Below are positions 45,984 through 54,437 of a stretch of 54,437 bases of DNA, one piece after another (the stretch's first letter is position 1; every line of letters starts with the position of its first letter). Location: positions 1 through 54,437 of the forward strand of contig JAERRO010000007.1 of the NCBI GenBank assembly GCA_016735395.1, given 5' to 3'. The translations under genes and the position numbers were made by a program. The notes below the pieces were generated by a model that was not told the origin of the DNA, did not search any database, and was given only the letters and a program-made list of their open reading frames with translations. This stretch comes from Alphaproteobacteria bacterium (GTDB lineage Bacteria > Pseudomonadota > Alphaproteobacteria > Rs-D84 > JAERRO01).

Positions 45984-46777
45984 ATTTTTGTATCCTCTAC
46001 CCTCTGGTCGTCCAACTCTGTAGAAATTTTCTTAATCAAAGAATTATGATCTATAATTATGATATCTACGGATTTAATATTTTTTATATCTACGATAGGA
46101 GATGTATCTGTATCTTCACCGACGATTGCGACAGGAATATCTGGAATGGCATAACCATCGAAAATGAAGGTAGTAATTATCTCGTCTTTTACAAATTCAG
46201 ATTCAGACTCTATCTTGAGGAGTTCATTTCCTTGTCCGTAAATTGTACCTATTGAGTTTGACTTTAGCCCTTTAACAGGAAACACGAACCTTCTATCAGA
46301 GATCAACCTTACCCGAGAGAAATCGGAGATTGTAGTCTCAACGATACCTACTAGCGAGTCTTGAAATACTACCATCATATGTGATTTTACACCGAGTTTT
46401 GATCCGGCATTGACTATAATAGATCTATCTAGAGGGTTTAGAGATTTAGCAACTATGTCTACTTTAATAGCATCAGACATTTTAAAGGATTCTACTGTAT
46501 TAAATTGATTTATCTTGTCAAATTTCTGTTGTAGAACCTCTAATTGTACTAGACAAGAGGAGTATTGTTGTTTCATCTTATTGTCTACGATGATTGTGTT
46601 ATCTTCAGAGTCATTATCTAGAAACATAGATATAACCGCCAGTTGAATTTTTTGCAGTCCGTTATCGGGAGTAATTTTTATCCAAAGAGGAGTAAAAGCG
46701 AGTATTAAAATGAGGCCTATTAAAGGGACAGTTCTAATAATAAAGGTTTTTCGATTACGATGTCTTTTCAGTGGCAC
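45980..46777 (-). CDS. mreC: Rod shape-determining protein MreC (start moved to the GTG after GGAG)
   Basis: TM, coiled coil, IIVNAGS..GV, LVG.V, SRV.LI.D. Confidence 0.85.
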   Translation of the reverse strand: MPLKRHRNRKTFIIRTVPLIGLILILAFTPLWIKITPDNGLQKIQLAVISMFLDNDSEDNTIIVDNKMKQQYSSCLVQLEVLQQKFDKINQFNTVESFKMSDAIKVDIVAKSLNPLDRSIIVNAGSKLGVKSHMMVVFQDSLVGIVETTISDFSRVRLISDRRFVFPVKGLKSNSIGTIYGQGNELLKIESESEFVKDEIITTFIFDGYAIPDIPVAIVGEDTDTSPIVDIKNIKSVDIIIIDHNSLIKKISTELDDQRVEDTKI

Positions 46778-46929
46778 GAGATATTCTCCTAAAATGTATA
46801 GTACTAATTTTATAGAACAGAAGAGTAAAAAGGTCAAGCATCGGTTTATAAAAAACGGGTTATGAGGCTTGCAATTACAATAAGAACTATTATACTTATA
46901 ATGCTAGTTATTATAAAAGGGAAAGAAAA

Positions 46930-47058
46930 ATGAAGATATTTTCATCATTAAAAAGTAAAAAATTACGAGGTAATGTTAAATTAGTGAGAAGAGGCAAGAG
47001 GGTCTTTTTGATAGACAAAGAAAACCCTAGATTCAAAGCATGCCAAGGCAAAAAATAG
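46930..47058 (+). CDS. rpmJ: 50S ribosomal protein L36, zinc-free type (not in the ORF track)
   Basis: Translates to [42 protein letters not shown]. Confidence 0.92.
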   Translation: MKIFSSLKSKKLRGNVKLVRRGKRVFLIDKENPRFKACQGKK

Positions 47059-47069
47059 ATACTTAACGG

Positions 47070-49541
47070 TTAATCTAGATTTATCTTTAATTTCTCCATA
47101 GAAGCCTGAATCTTTTCGGCTCTAGTTATAATGTCTTTATTGACTCCTGCCAATTTAGCTATATACAGTCCAAAAGAACTACCTGCATTACCAGGAATAA
47201 TTTTATAGAGGAAAGACACGGCATCATTTTCTTCTACGATCTGCGGAGTATAGCACCCTATATTTTTGTGCGGTTTAGCGAGTTCAGTCAGTTCATGATA
47301 ATGGGTTGCAAAAAGAGTTCTCACCCCTTCCTTTGCGAGAGTTTCTATTACAGACCATGCGAGAGCCATTCCGTCATAAGTAGAAGTCCCTCTACCCATC
47401 TCATCTAGTACTACAAAAGAATTTTTCGTGGCATATGTGAGCATATAAGCGATATCCATCATTTCCAGCATAAAAGTAGATTGACCTGCGATCAGATTAT
47501 CTGAAGCACCTATCCTGGTAAAAAGTCTATCGACTATACCAAACTCTGCGGAGGATACAGGAATAAAGCTACCTATCTGTGCCATAACTATCAAAAGAGC
47601 ATTAGTCCTTAAAAAAGTACTTTTGCCACCCATATTAGGGCCTGTAAGAATCCAAAGCGATTTTTTTGTATCTTCATCATTGAGTATAATATCGTTAGGC
47701 ACGACGACTCCACCTTGTTTTGAATAGACATTTTGTAGAACTGGATGTTCGGCACCTTTAACGGAAAATTTAGTAGAGTTATCAAGCATAGGTCTTTTAT
47801 ATCCGAACTTAAAAGTTAGGGCGGTTAGAGAAGAAATAAAATCTACTTCTGCTATAACATCGGCTACGGATCGCAGAGACCAAAAGGCTTCTAAAGTTTG
47901 TAATACTACTTTATCGTATATCTCTAGTTCTATAGCGAGTAGTTGATTTTTGACGGTAATAGTTTCTGCCTCTATATCGATAAGTTCTTTAGTTAGGAAC
48001 CTACATACATTGACTAGAGTCTGCCTAGAAGTAAAAAGTTCGTGTTCTATCAGTTTCTGTGCGAATCTAGAAGGAACCTCGACAAAAAGCCCTATAATAT
48101 TTGTCCTCTTAATTTTCAGAGAAGGAATCTGCAAAATATCTTTATATTTGTTCTCTAAATTACTAATAACTTCGTCTTTAGAATTTATCAGCTTTCTGAA
48201 GAGATCTACTCTATCGTTAAAATTTTCTCTAACGAAGTTTCCGTCTCTGGTTAGAGCGGGCGGATTATCGATAATAGCTTTATCGATGGTATTAAAAATG
48301 TGATCATGAAACTCAAGTTTAAGTATCTGTTTTAAACAGTTCGGCATAGTAGTCTTACAGGTTCTATAGAATTCGTTGATAGTCTTTTGAGAAACGAGGA
48401 CAGCGGTTTTAACGGAGACTAGATCTCTAGGCGAGTGATCTTTTGTAGAAAGTCTAGACAGCACTCTATGGAGGTCTGGAAAATTTTTGATATTAGTTCT
48501 AAAATTAGAATAGATATCTTTATGTTGAATAAAGAAGTCTATAGCATCGTATCGATCATAGATGAGATCTATATCTGTAGAAGGTCTTGCTAAAGCTGTT
48601 TTAAGAAATCTAGATCCAGGTGCCGTTATCGTTTCGTCTAGAGTCGCGAGCAAACTTGTGGAATATTTAGAATTTGGTTTTAATATTTCTAGAGACTCGA
48701 ATGCGGAGTAGTTAAGTTTAAGGGTATTAGAATTATCGATAATTTGAACGGGGTTTAATTTTGGCGGATTCTCACAAAAGGTTCTATAAATATAATCACA
48801 AATGAGAGCTATAGAAGACTGTTGCGATTTAGAAAAATCTTTAACAATTTGAGAGGCATCTCCGTGGTACATCTTATTAAACATTTTTATAGGTTCTATA
48901 ATTTTGAACCGTTGAGCGGGGATAAAAGTTATTTTATCTTTATAGTTATCTCGTAGAAACTGGATAGTATCTTTATCATACAGATCTTCTATACAGAGTA
49001 TCTCTGCAATTTGAATCTTCGCAAAAAATTCTTGAATAGGCTCGTTAAGTGTTGCCGTATAAAATTCTCCTGTAGAAGTCTCACACCAGCTAACAGTAAT
49101 TTCCTCTAGATTTTTCGGATTTGGACAGATAGCTACTAGAAAATTATTATCATTAGAATCGATGAGACTTTCGTCGCAGATAGTTCCAGGAGTAATAATT
49201 TTAGCCACCTTACGATCTACAAACTTTGCTCCTCTAGCCTTTGCCTCCTCTGGAGTTTCTGTCTGTTCACAAATTACGACTTTATAGTTCTTCTTAACTA
49301 ATTGCGAGATATAACTTTTTGAGGCATGATGAGGAATACCGCACATATCAATCGGCTTATCTAGATATTTTCCTCGAGCGGTCAGTACTATGTCTAACTC
49401 TTTAGAAGCTATGACGGCATCTTCAAAAAAAATCTCGTAAAAATCCCCTAGTCGAAATAGTACTATAGCTTCCTTGTGAAGTTTTTTAATATCGACATAT
49501 TGTTGCATAACTGGAGTAAGACTTCCTGCATTATGGTCCAT
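47070..49541 (-). CDS. mutS: DNA mismatch repair protein MutS
   Basis: TPVMQQY, GDFYE, GPNMGGKSTFLR, STFM.EM, DEMGRGTST, ATHYHEL. Confidence 0.98.
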   Translation of the reverse strand: MDHNAGSLTPVMQQYVDIKKLHKEAIVLFRLGDFYEIFFEDAVIASKELDIVLTARGKYLDKPIDMCGIPHHASKSYISQLVKKNYKVVICEQTETPEEAKARGAKFVDRKVAKIITPGTICDESLIDSNDNNFLVAICPNPKNLEEITVSWCETSTGEFYTATLNEPIQEFFAKIQIAEILCIEDLYDKDTIQFLRDNYKDKITFIPAQRFKIIEPIKMFNKMYHGDASQIVKDFSKSQQSSIALICDYIYRTFCENPPKLNPVQIIDNSNTLKLNYSAFESLEILKPNSKYSTSLLATLDETITAPGSRFLKTALARPSTDIDLIYDRYDAIDFFIQHKDIYSNFRTNIKNFPDLHRVLSRLSTKDHSPRDLVSVKTAVLVSQKTINEFYRTCKTTMPNCLKQILKLEFHDHIFNTIDKAIIDNPPALTRDGNFVRENFNDRVDLFRKLINSKDEVISNLENKYKDILQIPSLKIKRTNIIGLFVEVPSRFAQKLIEHELFTSRQTLVNVCRFLTKELIDIEAETITVKNQLLAIELEIYDKVVLQTLEAFWSLRSVADVIAEVDFISSLTALTFKFGYKRPMLDNSTKFSVKGAEHPVLQNVYSKQGGVVVPNDIILNDEDTKKSLWILTGPNMGGKSTFLRTNALLIVMAQIGSFIPVSSAEFGIVDRLFTRIGASDNLIAGQSTFMLEMMDIAYMLTYATKNSFVVLDEMGRGTSTYDGMALAWSVIETLAKEGVRTLFATHYHELTELAKPHKNIGCYTPQIVEENDAVSFLYKIIPGNAGSSFGLYIAKLAGVNKDIITRAEKIQASMEKLKINLD

Positions 49542-49549
49542 TATCTATC

Positions 49550-49744
49550 TTATTTAGAGTCTACAGATTCATTTACATCTGCAAGTTTTAGTTCCATAGT
49601 CCGAAGATATTCTTGAGCTTCCTTATGGATTTTGATTGCCTCTTCGTATAAAGACATAGAATTTTCAATAGAGACATCAGCCTTTTCCAGTTCTTGAACT
49701 ATGGAAGAAAACCGTTTCATTTTCTGTTCGAAGTTATCGGTCAT
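49550..49744 (-). CDS. xseB: Exodeoxyribonuclease VII small subunit
   Basis: FE..M.....IV..LE.....IE.SM.LYEE. Confidence 0.88.
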   Translation of the reverse strand: MTDNFEQKMKRFSSIVQELEKADVSIENSMSLYEEAIKIHKEAQEYLRTMELKLADVNESVDSK

Positions 49745-49897
49745 ACACGATCCTTTAATATTTATAGATATTTTATGTTATAATTAAAAGGACTAGAGAA
49801 AGCAAGGTTAATATTGACGAATCTACTTTAAAAAAACACAGAATTATTTGCAATCAAAATTAAAACTCTTTATACTATTACAATAAAGGAGTTTCTA

Positions 49898-50806
49898 ATG
49901 GATTTTCGCAGATGGATCACGGCATTTATTCTTATAGGTGTATTATTACCGATATTGTTATTTTTTCCCAGCTACAGTTATATATTATTAACGATATTAT
50001 TTTTAGGCATATGGGGGGAATGGCAAAGAGTATTTTTCCCTAAAAAGCGGTTTAAGCTAAAATTATATTTAGCTATTATAGTTCTAGGGGACTTGATATA
50101 TCAGTTATTGAGTCATACATCTAATACTATATTGACATCGATATCATCGGCAGGATTTTTGACTATAGGACTATTCTTATTATTATGGAGCATCAACTAT
50201 ACTAGAAAATTATTGAGTATAAAAGACAGATTTATCTATTTCAGCGGTATATATTTAATACTAGGATGTTTATTCAGTGTCCATACTTTAATCTATTTCG
50301 GCTATGAGTTATTACTATTACAACTAGGAATATTGATAGGTTTAACAGATAGTATCTCTTATGTATTCGGTAAATTTGTTTTGAGAAAGAATAAGCATCT
50401 ATTGTGGGTCGCTATAAGCCCTAAAAAAACATGGACAGGATTTTTGGCTCCTCATATTATATGGACAGTAATCGTGGGGGTAGTATCTATGTATCTATTC
50501 GTAATAGCAGGAACACAGTTTATAAGAGGCTTCGAATTACCGATTAACCCTATAGACAGTCGTTTAGTGGGAGCCTTATTGTATGTGGTACCTACAGTCT
50601 ATACATTGATATTTATGAGTCAAATGGGAGATCTATTTGCATCTTGGGCGAAGAGAAGTATGCGAGTTAAAGACTTCGGGAACATCTTACCAGGACACGG
50701 CGGATTATTAGACAGATTTGACAGTTATCTATTTACTCTTCCATTTATAGGTGTAGTAGTATTTATATACGAGATATTGATAAGAAACACTATATATCAT
50801 CTATAG
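49898..50806 (+). CDS. cdsA: Phosphatidate cytidylyltransferase
   Basis: ISPKKTW.G, GDLF.S..KR...KDFG.ILPGHGGLLDRFDS. Confidence 0.96.
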   Translation: MDFRRWITAFILIGVLLPILLFFPSYSYILLTILFLGIWGEWQRVFFPKKRFKLKLYLAIIVLGDLIYQLLSHTSNTILTSISSAGFLTIGLFLLLWSINYTRKLLSIKDRFIYFSGIYLILGCLFSVHTLIYFGYELLLLQLGILIGLTDSISYVFGKFVLRKNKHLLWVAISPKKTWTGFLAPHIIWTVIVGVVSMYLFVIAGTQFIRGFELPINPIDSRLVGALLYVVPTVYTLIFMSQMGDLFASWAKRSMRVKDFGNILPGHGGLLDRFDSYLFTLPFIGVVVFIYEILIRNTIYHL

Positions 50807-50862
50807 TACTTTATTGGAGTTAGACTATCAAAAAACATAAATTAAATCCAAGGTAAAAAATA

Positions 50863-51903
50863 ATGTTAGTAGCAACAATAGTAGCTCTTTTTATAGTAAT
50901 TATGATACACGAGTTAGGTCATTTCTATTTTTGTCGCAGAGCTGGAGTTTATGTAAAATCGTTTTCTATAGGATTCGGAAAACCCATATGGAAAAGAACC
51001 GACAAACACGGTACAGAGTGGAGAGTTGGGTGGCTATGGTTAGGCGGTTATGTTCAACCACACGGACAGAGCGATATCCTATCCCAAAAAGAGAAGGATG
51101 CATATTCTAAAGAGGACAGAAAAGGACATTTTGCTTTTATCAGTTATACTAATAAATTGTTAATAATGTTCGGCGGAGTTTTATTTAACTTTATAACTGC
51201 CTTCATCTTATTGTGGGGTCTATTCTTTTTCAAAGGCATTCCTAGCACTGGTTATACGATATCTGAAATAGTGGTGTCTACAGAAAACGAGCCTTCAAAA
51301 TTTCAGGTTGCAGACAAATTACAGAGTATAAACGGAGTTAGTGTTGCGGAGAAACACCCCGTCAGAATCTTACGAGAGTCCGAGTCAGACAATTTTACGG
51401 TTGTGGTAAAAAGAGGCGAAGAGGATGTTAAAATAAATTTAGTATTACCTCAAGAAAATCGCAAAATGGGAGTTATGTTGTCTAGCGAAATCAAAGATTT
51501 TTCACCTCAAAACATTTTTCAAAGTTGGCATTCGGCGGGTATAGAGTTCTACAAACAGTTAAGCAAAGTGTTTAATACAGTTAAAGGTCTAATTACGGGA
51601 GTCTATAAGATGAACGAAATGGGCGGGTTGATAACTATAGCAAAAATGTCTGGCGATGCTTTAAGCAGTGGAGTATATATATACATATTTTGGATAGTAG
51701 TATTGCATATTAGCATAGGTTTTTTCAATCTACTTCCTATTCCAGGGCTAGACGGCGGGCATATTGTGTTTACGATTATAGAATCTATAATCCGCAGACC
51801 ATTACCACCGATATTTATAAAAGTAGTGTTTAATTTAGGGTTCATTCTTTTAATAGGACTAATGATATATGTATTGTGGAATGATATTGTAAGAATGTTA
51901 TGA
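50863..51903 (+). CDS. rseP: Site-2 metalloprotease RseP
   Basis: HELGH, FSIGFG, PDZ-like middle, NLLPIPGLDGG. Confidence 0.96.
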   Translation: MLVATIVALFIVIMIHELGHFYFCRRAGVYVKSFSIGFGKPIWKRTDKHGTEWRVGWLWLGGYVQPHGQSDILSQKEKDAYSKEDRKGHFAFISYTNKLLIMFGGVLFNFITAFILLWGLFFFKGIPSTGYTISEIVVSTENEPSKFQVADKLQSINGVSVAEKHPVRILRESESDNFTVVVKRGEEDVKINLVLPQENRKMGVMLSSEIKDFSPQNIFQSWHSAGIEFYKQLSKVFNTVKGLITGVYKMNEMGGLITIAKMSGDALSSGVYIYIFWIVVLHISIGFFNLLPIPGLDGGHIVFTIIESIIRRPLPPIFIKVVFNLGFILLIGLMIYVLWNDIVRML

Positions 51904-54236
51904 TGATAAGGTTATATCATCTTTATTTTCTATTGAGTTTAACTCTTATATTTTCTTATCCTGTTGTGTCGTCTCCTACAAAAGAAGTACAGTCAATAGA
52001 AGTTTCTGGATCGCACCGCCTAAACATAGAGTCTATAAAATCTTTATTACCTATAAAAAAGGGCGATAATATTACTGAAGAAAAAATTCACGGTGCATTA
52101 ACAGAAATGTACTCTAGCAAATTTTTCTCACATGTAGATATAAATTATGATAGAGGCATACTATACCTAAAAATAGTTGAGGTACCAGTAATAGCGGACA
52201 TATCGGTAGAGGGCGAAAGAGGCATCAGCAAAGGCGACATAAAGGCAGAAGTTCATTCATCTTTACGATCTCCCTTTCAAAAGTCATTAGCATCTCAAGA
52301 TGTTAGGAGGCTACTCTCATTATATAACCGCCACGGCTATAACAAGACATCAATAGAATACAGTACAGTCGACCTAGACGAAAACAGAATCAGTCTATCA
52401 TTTAAAATAAACGAGGGGTATAAGACGAAGATAAAAGAGATAGAGATAAAAGGATCTAAAGCATTTTCTAGCAGGGAATTAAAGAGGCAGTTATTATCGA
52501 AGAAACAGAAATGGTGGAGATTTTTGAGCAAGAGGGATGTATATGACAAAGAACGAATGGAGCAAGAGCTATTGATGTTAAAGTCATTCTACGGCTTCGA
52601 GGGATACCTAGATTTTAAGGTTGTGTCTAACCGTGGTGTCTATACGGAGGAGGGAAAATATTACAGTTGGTTCATAGAAATAGAAGAAGGCGACAGAAGT
52701 AAATTAAGACATATTACGATAGAAAACCCGTATAAAGATTTAGACTCTAGAAAGATAAGAGAGCTAGTAAAATTGAATCAAGGAGAGATATTAAAATTGA
52801 GCAAAGTTCAGAGTAGTCAGCGAGCTATAAGCGATTATATTTCGGAGAGCGGTTATAGTTCTTCGTTAGTTACATTCGACTTTAATCGAGTAGAATCGGA
52901 GATCGACTCTAGTCCTAGTTATGATTTGGTATATAAGATAATGAAAACACCGAGAATATATGTCAGGGAGTTTAATATTAATGGCAACAATAAAACTCTA
53001 GACACAGTCATATTGCGAGAGATAAATGTTAAAGAGGGGGACATATTAAATATGAGTTTACTAGGCAGAGGAGAACAGCAGGTTCAAAAACTAGGTTATT
53101 TTAGTTCTGCTACTGTCCGTCCTATCTCTATTGTGGGAGACGGGAGCCGTAAAGACATAGAGATAAGAGTCGCGGAGAAACAAACAGGTTCTATCAATGG
53201 CGGTGTAGGTTGGTCTACACTATCTGGATTCACGATAGATCTAGGGATATCGAACAGTAATTATAAAGGCACGGGTAACAATGTAAGCATAGATGTAGAG
53301 GTAGGTTCACGAATAAAATCTGGTAGTGTAAGTATATTTGACCCGTATTTCTTCGGCGAGAAGGCAAGCGGAGGCTTTGTATTAAGTTATAGGGAAAGCA
53401 ACTATACAAGTTTAGAAGGATTAAATTATGAGGAAGATCAAGTCAGTCTAACTTTGAGTTCTGGTTGGGAGTACTTTAACAATTTGACAAATACTTGGCG
53501 GTTAACGGCATTAAGAGATAATTATGTAAACGAAGAGCTAGGTTATAATTTTGATAACGGCATAACAGATCTACAGTTAGTGTCTCAAAATTTAATATAC
53601 GACTTAACTACTTACCATCTAGATGCTAGAACTAGAGACGGTCTATTATTAAGTTGGGGTGCGGGCTATGCGGGGTTTTTCGGGACTGAAAACTATTTAA
53701 AGAACGACTTTTCTGCAGGCTTATATTTTGCCTTTTTTAACAATGCTATACAATTTAAAAGTGTCGCAAAATATGGAACCATACAGGAAATAAATAACAA
53801 GCCGTTAAAACAGCAGTACGGTTATATATTAGGAGGAGACTCATTTAGAGGTTTTGACTTTGGAGGTGTGAGTCCAAAATTAAACTTGAATACAACTGCA
53901 TCTTATAGGTCTGAATGGATGTTATCTGGAACAAACGAGTTCAGTTTCCCTTTAGGGCTACCAAAAATGTACGAGGTCAAAGGTCTATTATTCTCTGATT
54001 ACGGTGTTACAGGCGATGCAACAGACAATGTCAAGAAAGGAGTCGAAGATCTACAAAACGGGGCTTACCCTGATGCCGTCATACTATATTCCAATAAAAT
54101 CAGAGTCAGTGCTGGAGTTGGTATTACTTGGAATTCTCCTATGGGTCCACTAGCTTTATCTTGGGCGATACCTATAGTCGAAGAACCATGGGATCAAAAA
54201 CGACTATTCTGGCTAACCTTCCGAAGCACTTTCTAA
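51900..54236 (+). CDS. bamA: Outer membrane assembly factor BamA
   Basis: POTRA domains (GN.KT.D.VI.RE), RGF motif, SPMGPL, terminal Phe. Confidence 0.96.
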   Translation: MMIRLYHLYFLLSLTLIFSYPVVSSPTKEVQSIEVSGSHRLNIESIKSLLPIKKGDNITEEKIHGALTEMYSSKFFSHVDINYDRGILYLKIVEVPVIADISVEGERGISKGDIKAEVHSSLRSPFQKSLASQDVRRLLSLYNRHGYNKTSIEYSTVDLDENRISLSFKINEGYKTKIKEIEIKGSKAFSSRELKRQLLSKKQKWWRFLSKRDVYDKERMEQELLMLKSFYGFEGYLDFKVVSNRGVYTEEGKYYSWFIEIEEGDRSKLRHITIENPYKDLDSRKIRELVKLNQGEILKLSKVQSSQRAISDYISESGYSSSLVTFDFNRVESEIDSSPSYDLVYKIMKTPRIYVREFNINGNNKTLDTVILREINVKEGDILNMSLLGRGEQQVQKLGYFSSATVRPISIVGDGSRKDIEIRVAEKQTGSINGGVGWSTLSGFTIDLGISNSNYKGTGNNVSIDVEVGSRIKSGSVSIFDPYFFGEKASGGFVLSYRESNYTSLEGLNYEEDQVSLTLSSGWEYFNNLTNTWRLTALRDNYVNEELGYNFDNGITDLQLVSQNLIYDLTTYHLDARTRDGLLLSWGAGYAGFFGTENYLKNDFSAGLYFAFFNNAIQFKSVAKYGTIQEINNKPLKQQYGYILGGDSFRGFDFGGVSPKLNLNTTASYRSEWMLSGTNEFSFPLGLPKMYEVKGLLFSDYGVTGDATDNVKKGVEDLQNGAYPDAVILYSNKIRVSAGVGITWNSPMGPLALSWAIPIVEEPWDQKRLFWLTFRSTF

Positions 54237-54437
54237 CATCACAACACCTCTATACATAAAAATAACGAACGAAAAATTAGAAAATCGTTGCCCTATATAT
54301 TGAACTACATCGACACAAACAAAGACAAAACGACAGAAAAAATTAAAGAAAAGTATTCGAAAAATCAACCCGCATTTGGTATCTCGTAGAGATGCAACAA
54401 ATGCCCCGAAGGGTCAACGACTACCACAAACAAATCT

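Noticed and set aside
1676-52549. Many 60-176-aa ORFs nested in or antisense to identified genes (e.g. 1676-2086, 2962-3492, 12654-13482, 14600-15110, 29091-29549, 40032-40484)
   Set aside because: Shadow frames of well-supported genes with no recognisable motifs.
1315-54236. Alternative genetic code or widespread pseudogenisation
   Set aside because: Conserved genes translate at full length under the standard bacterial code and end at TAA, TAG or TGA as expected.
54366-54425. Group I intron core (CAACCCGCA and TCAACGACTA resemble Q and R elements)
   Set aside because: No complementary P element upstream and no interrupted host gene visible; the sequence is truncated.

Overview
AT-rich chromosomal segment from a reduced, probably host-associated alphaproteobacterium (inferred from GapR/DUF2312, AddB, VirB11, zinc-free L36 and highly diverged proteins). 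Most of it is housekeeping in scrambled order: cell wall/division (murG, murJ, ftsW, mraY, ftsI, ftsL, rsmH, rodA, mrdA, mreCD), transcription/translation (infB, nusA, rho, rbfA, infA, rpmH, rnpA, rpmJ, der, engB), envelope (bamA, bamD, yidC, lspA, rseP, cdsA), DNA metabolism (dnaG, xth, addB, mutS, xseB, HU), lon, and two tRNAs (Leu-CAA, Tyr-GTA). Four parts are not explained by this. (1) A 1.3-kb non-coding left end has three copies of a ~140-170-nt three-hairpin unit ending in a terminator; the stems show compensatory changes between copies, so it is the best candidate for an undescribed structured RNA/DNA element. (2) A Panacea/SocA-type antitoxin is paired with a probable MazF/PemK-fold toxin and appears to start at ATT. 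(3) An orphan VirB11 lies in line with comF and a repeat-containing OmpA-like protein. (4) Between yidC and tRNA-Tyr is a mosaic family of small phage-type proteins sharing an N-terminal domain, with swapped C-terminal modules and basic Arg-terminated tails. All calls are by eye; no database searches were run.
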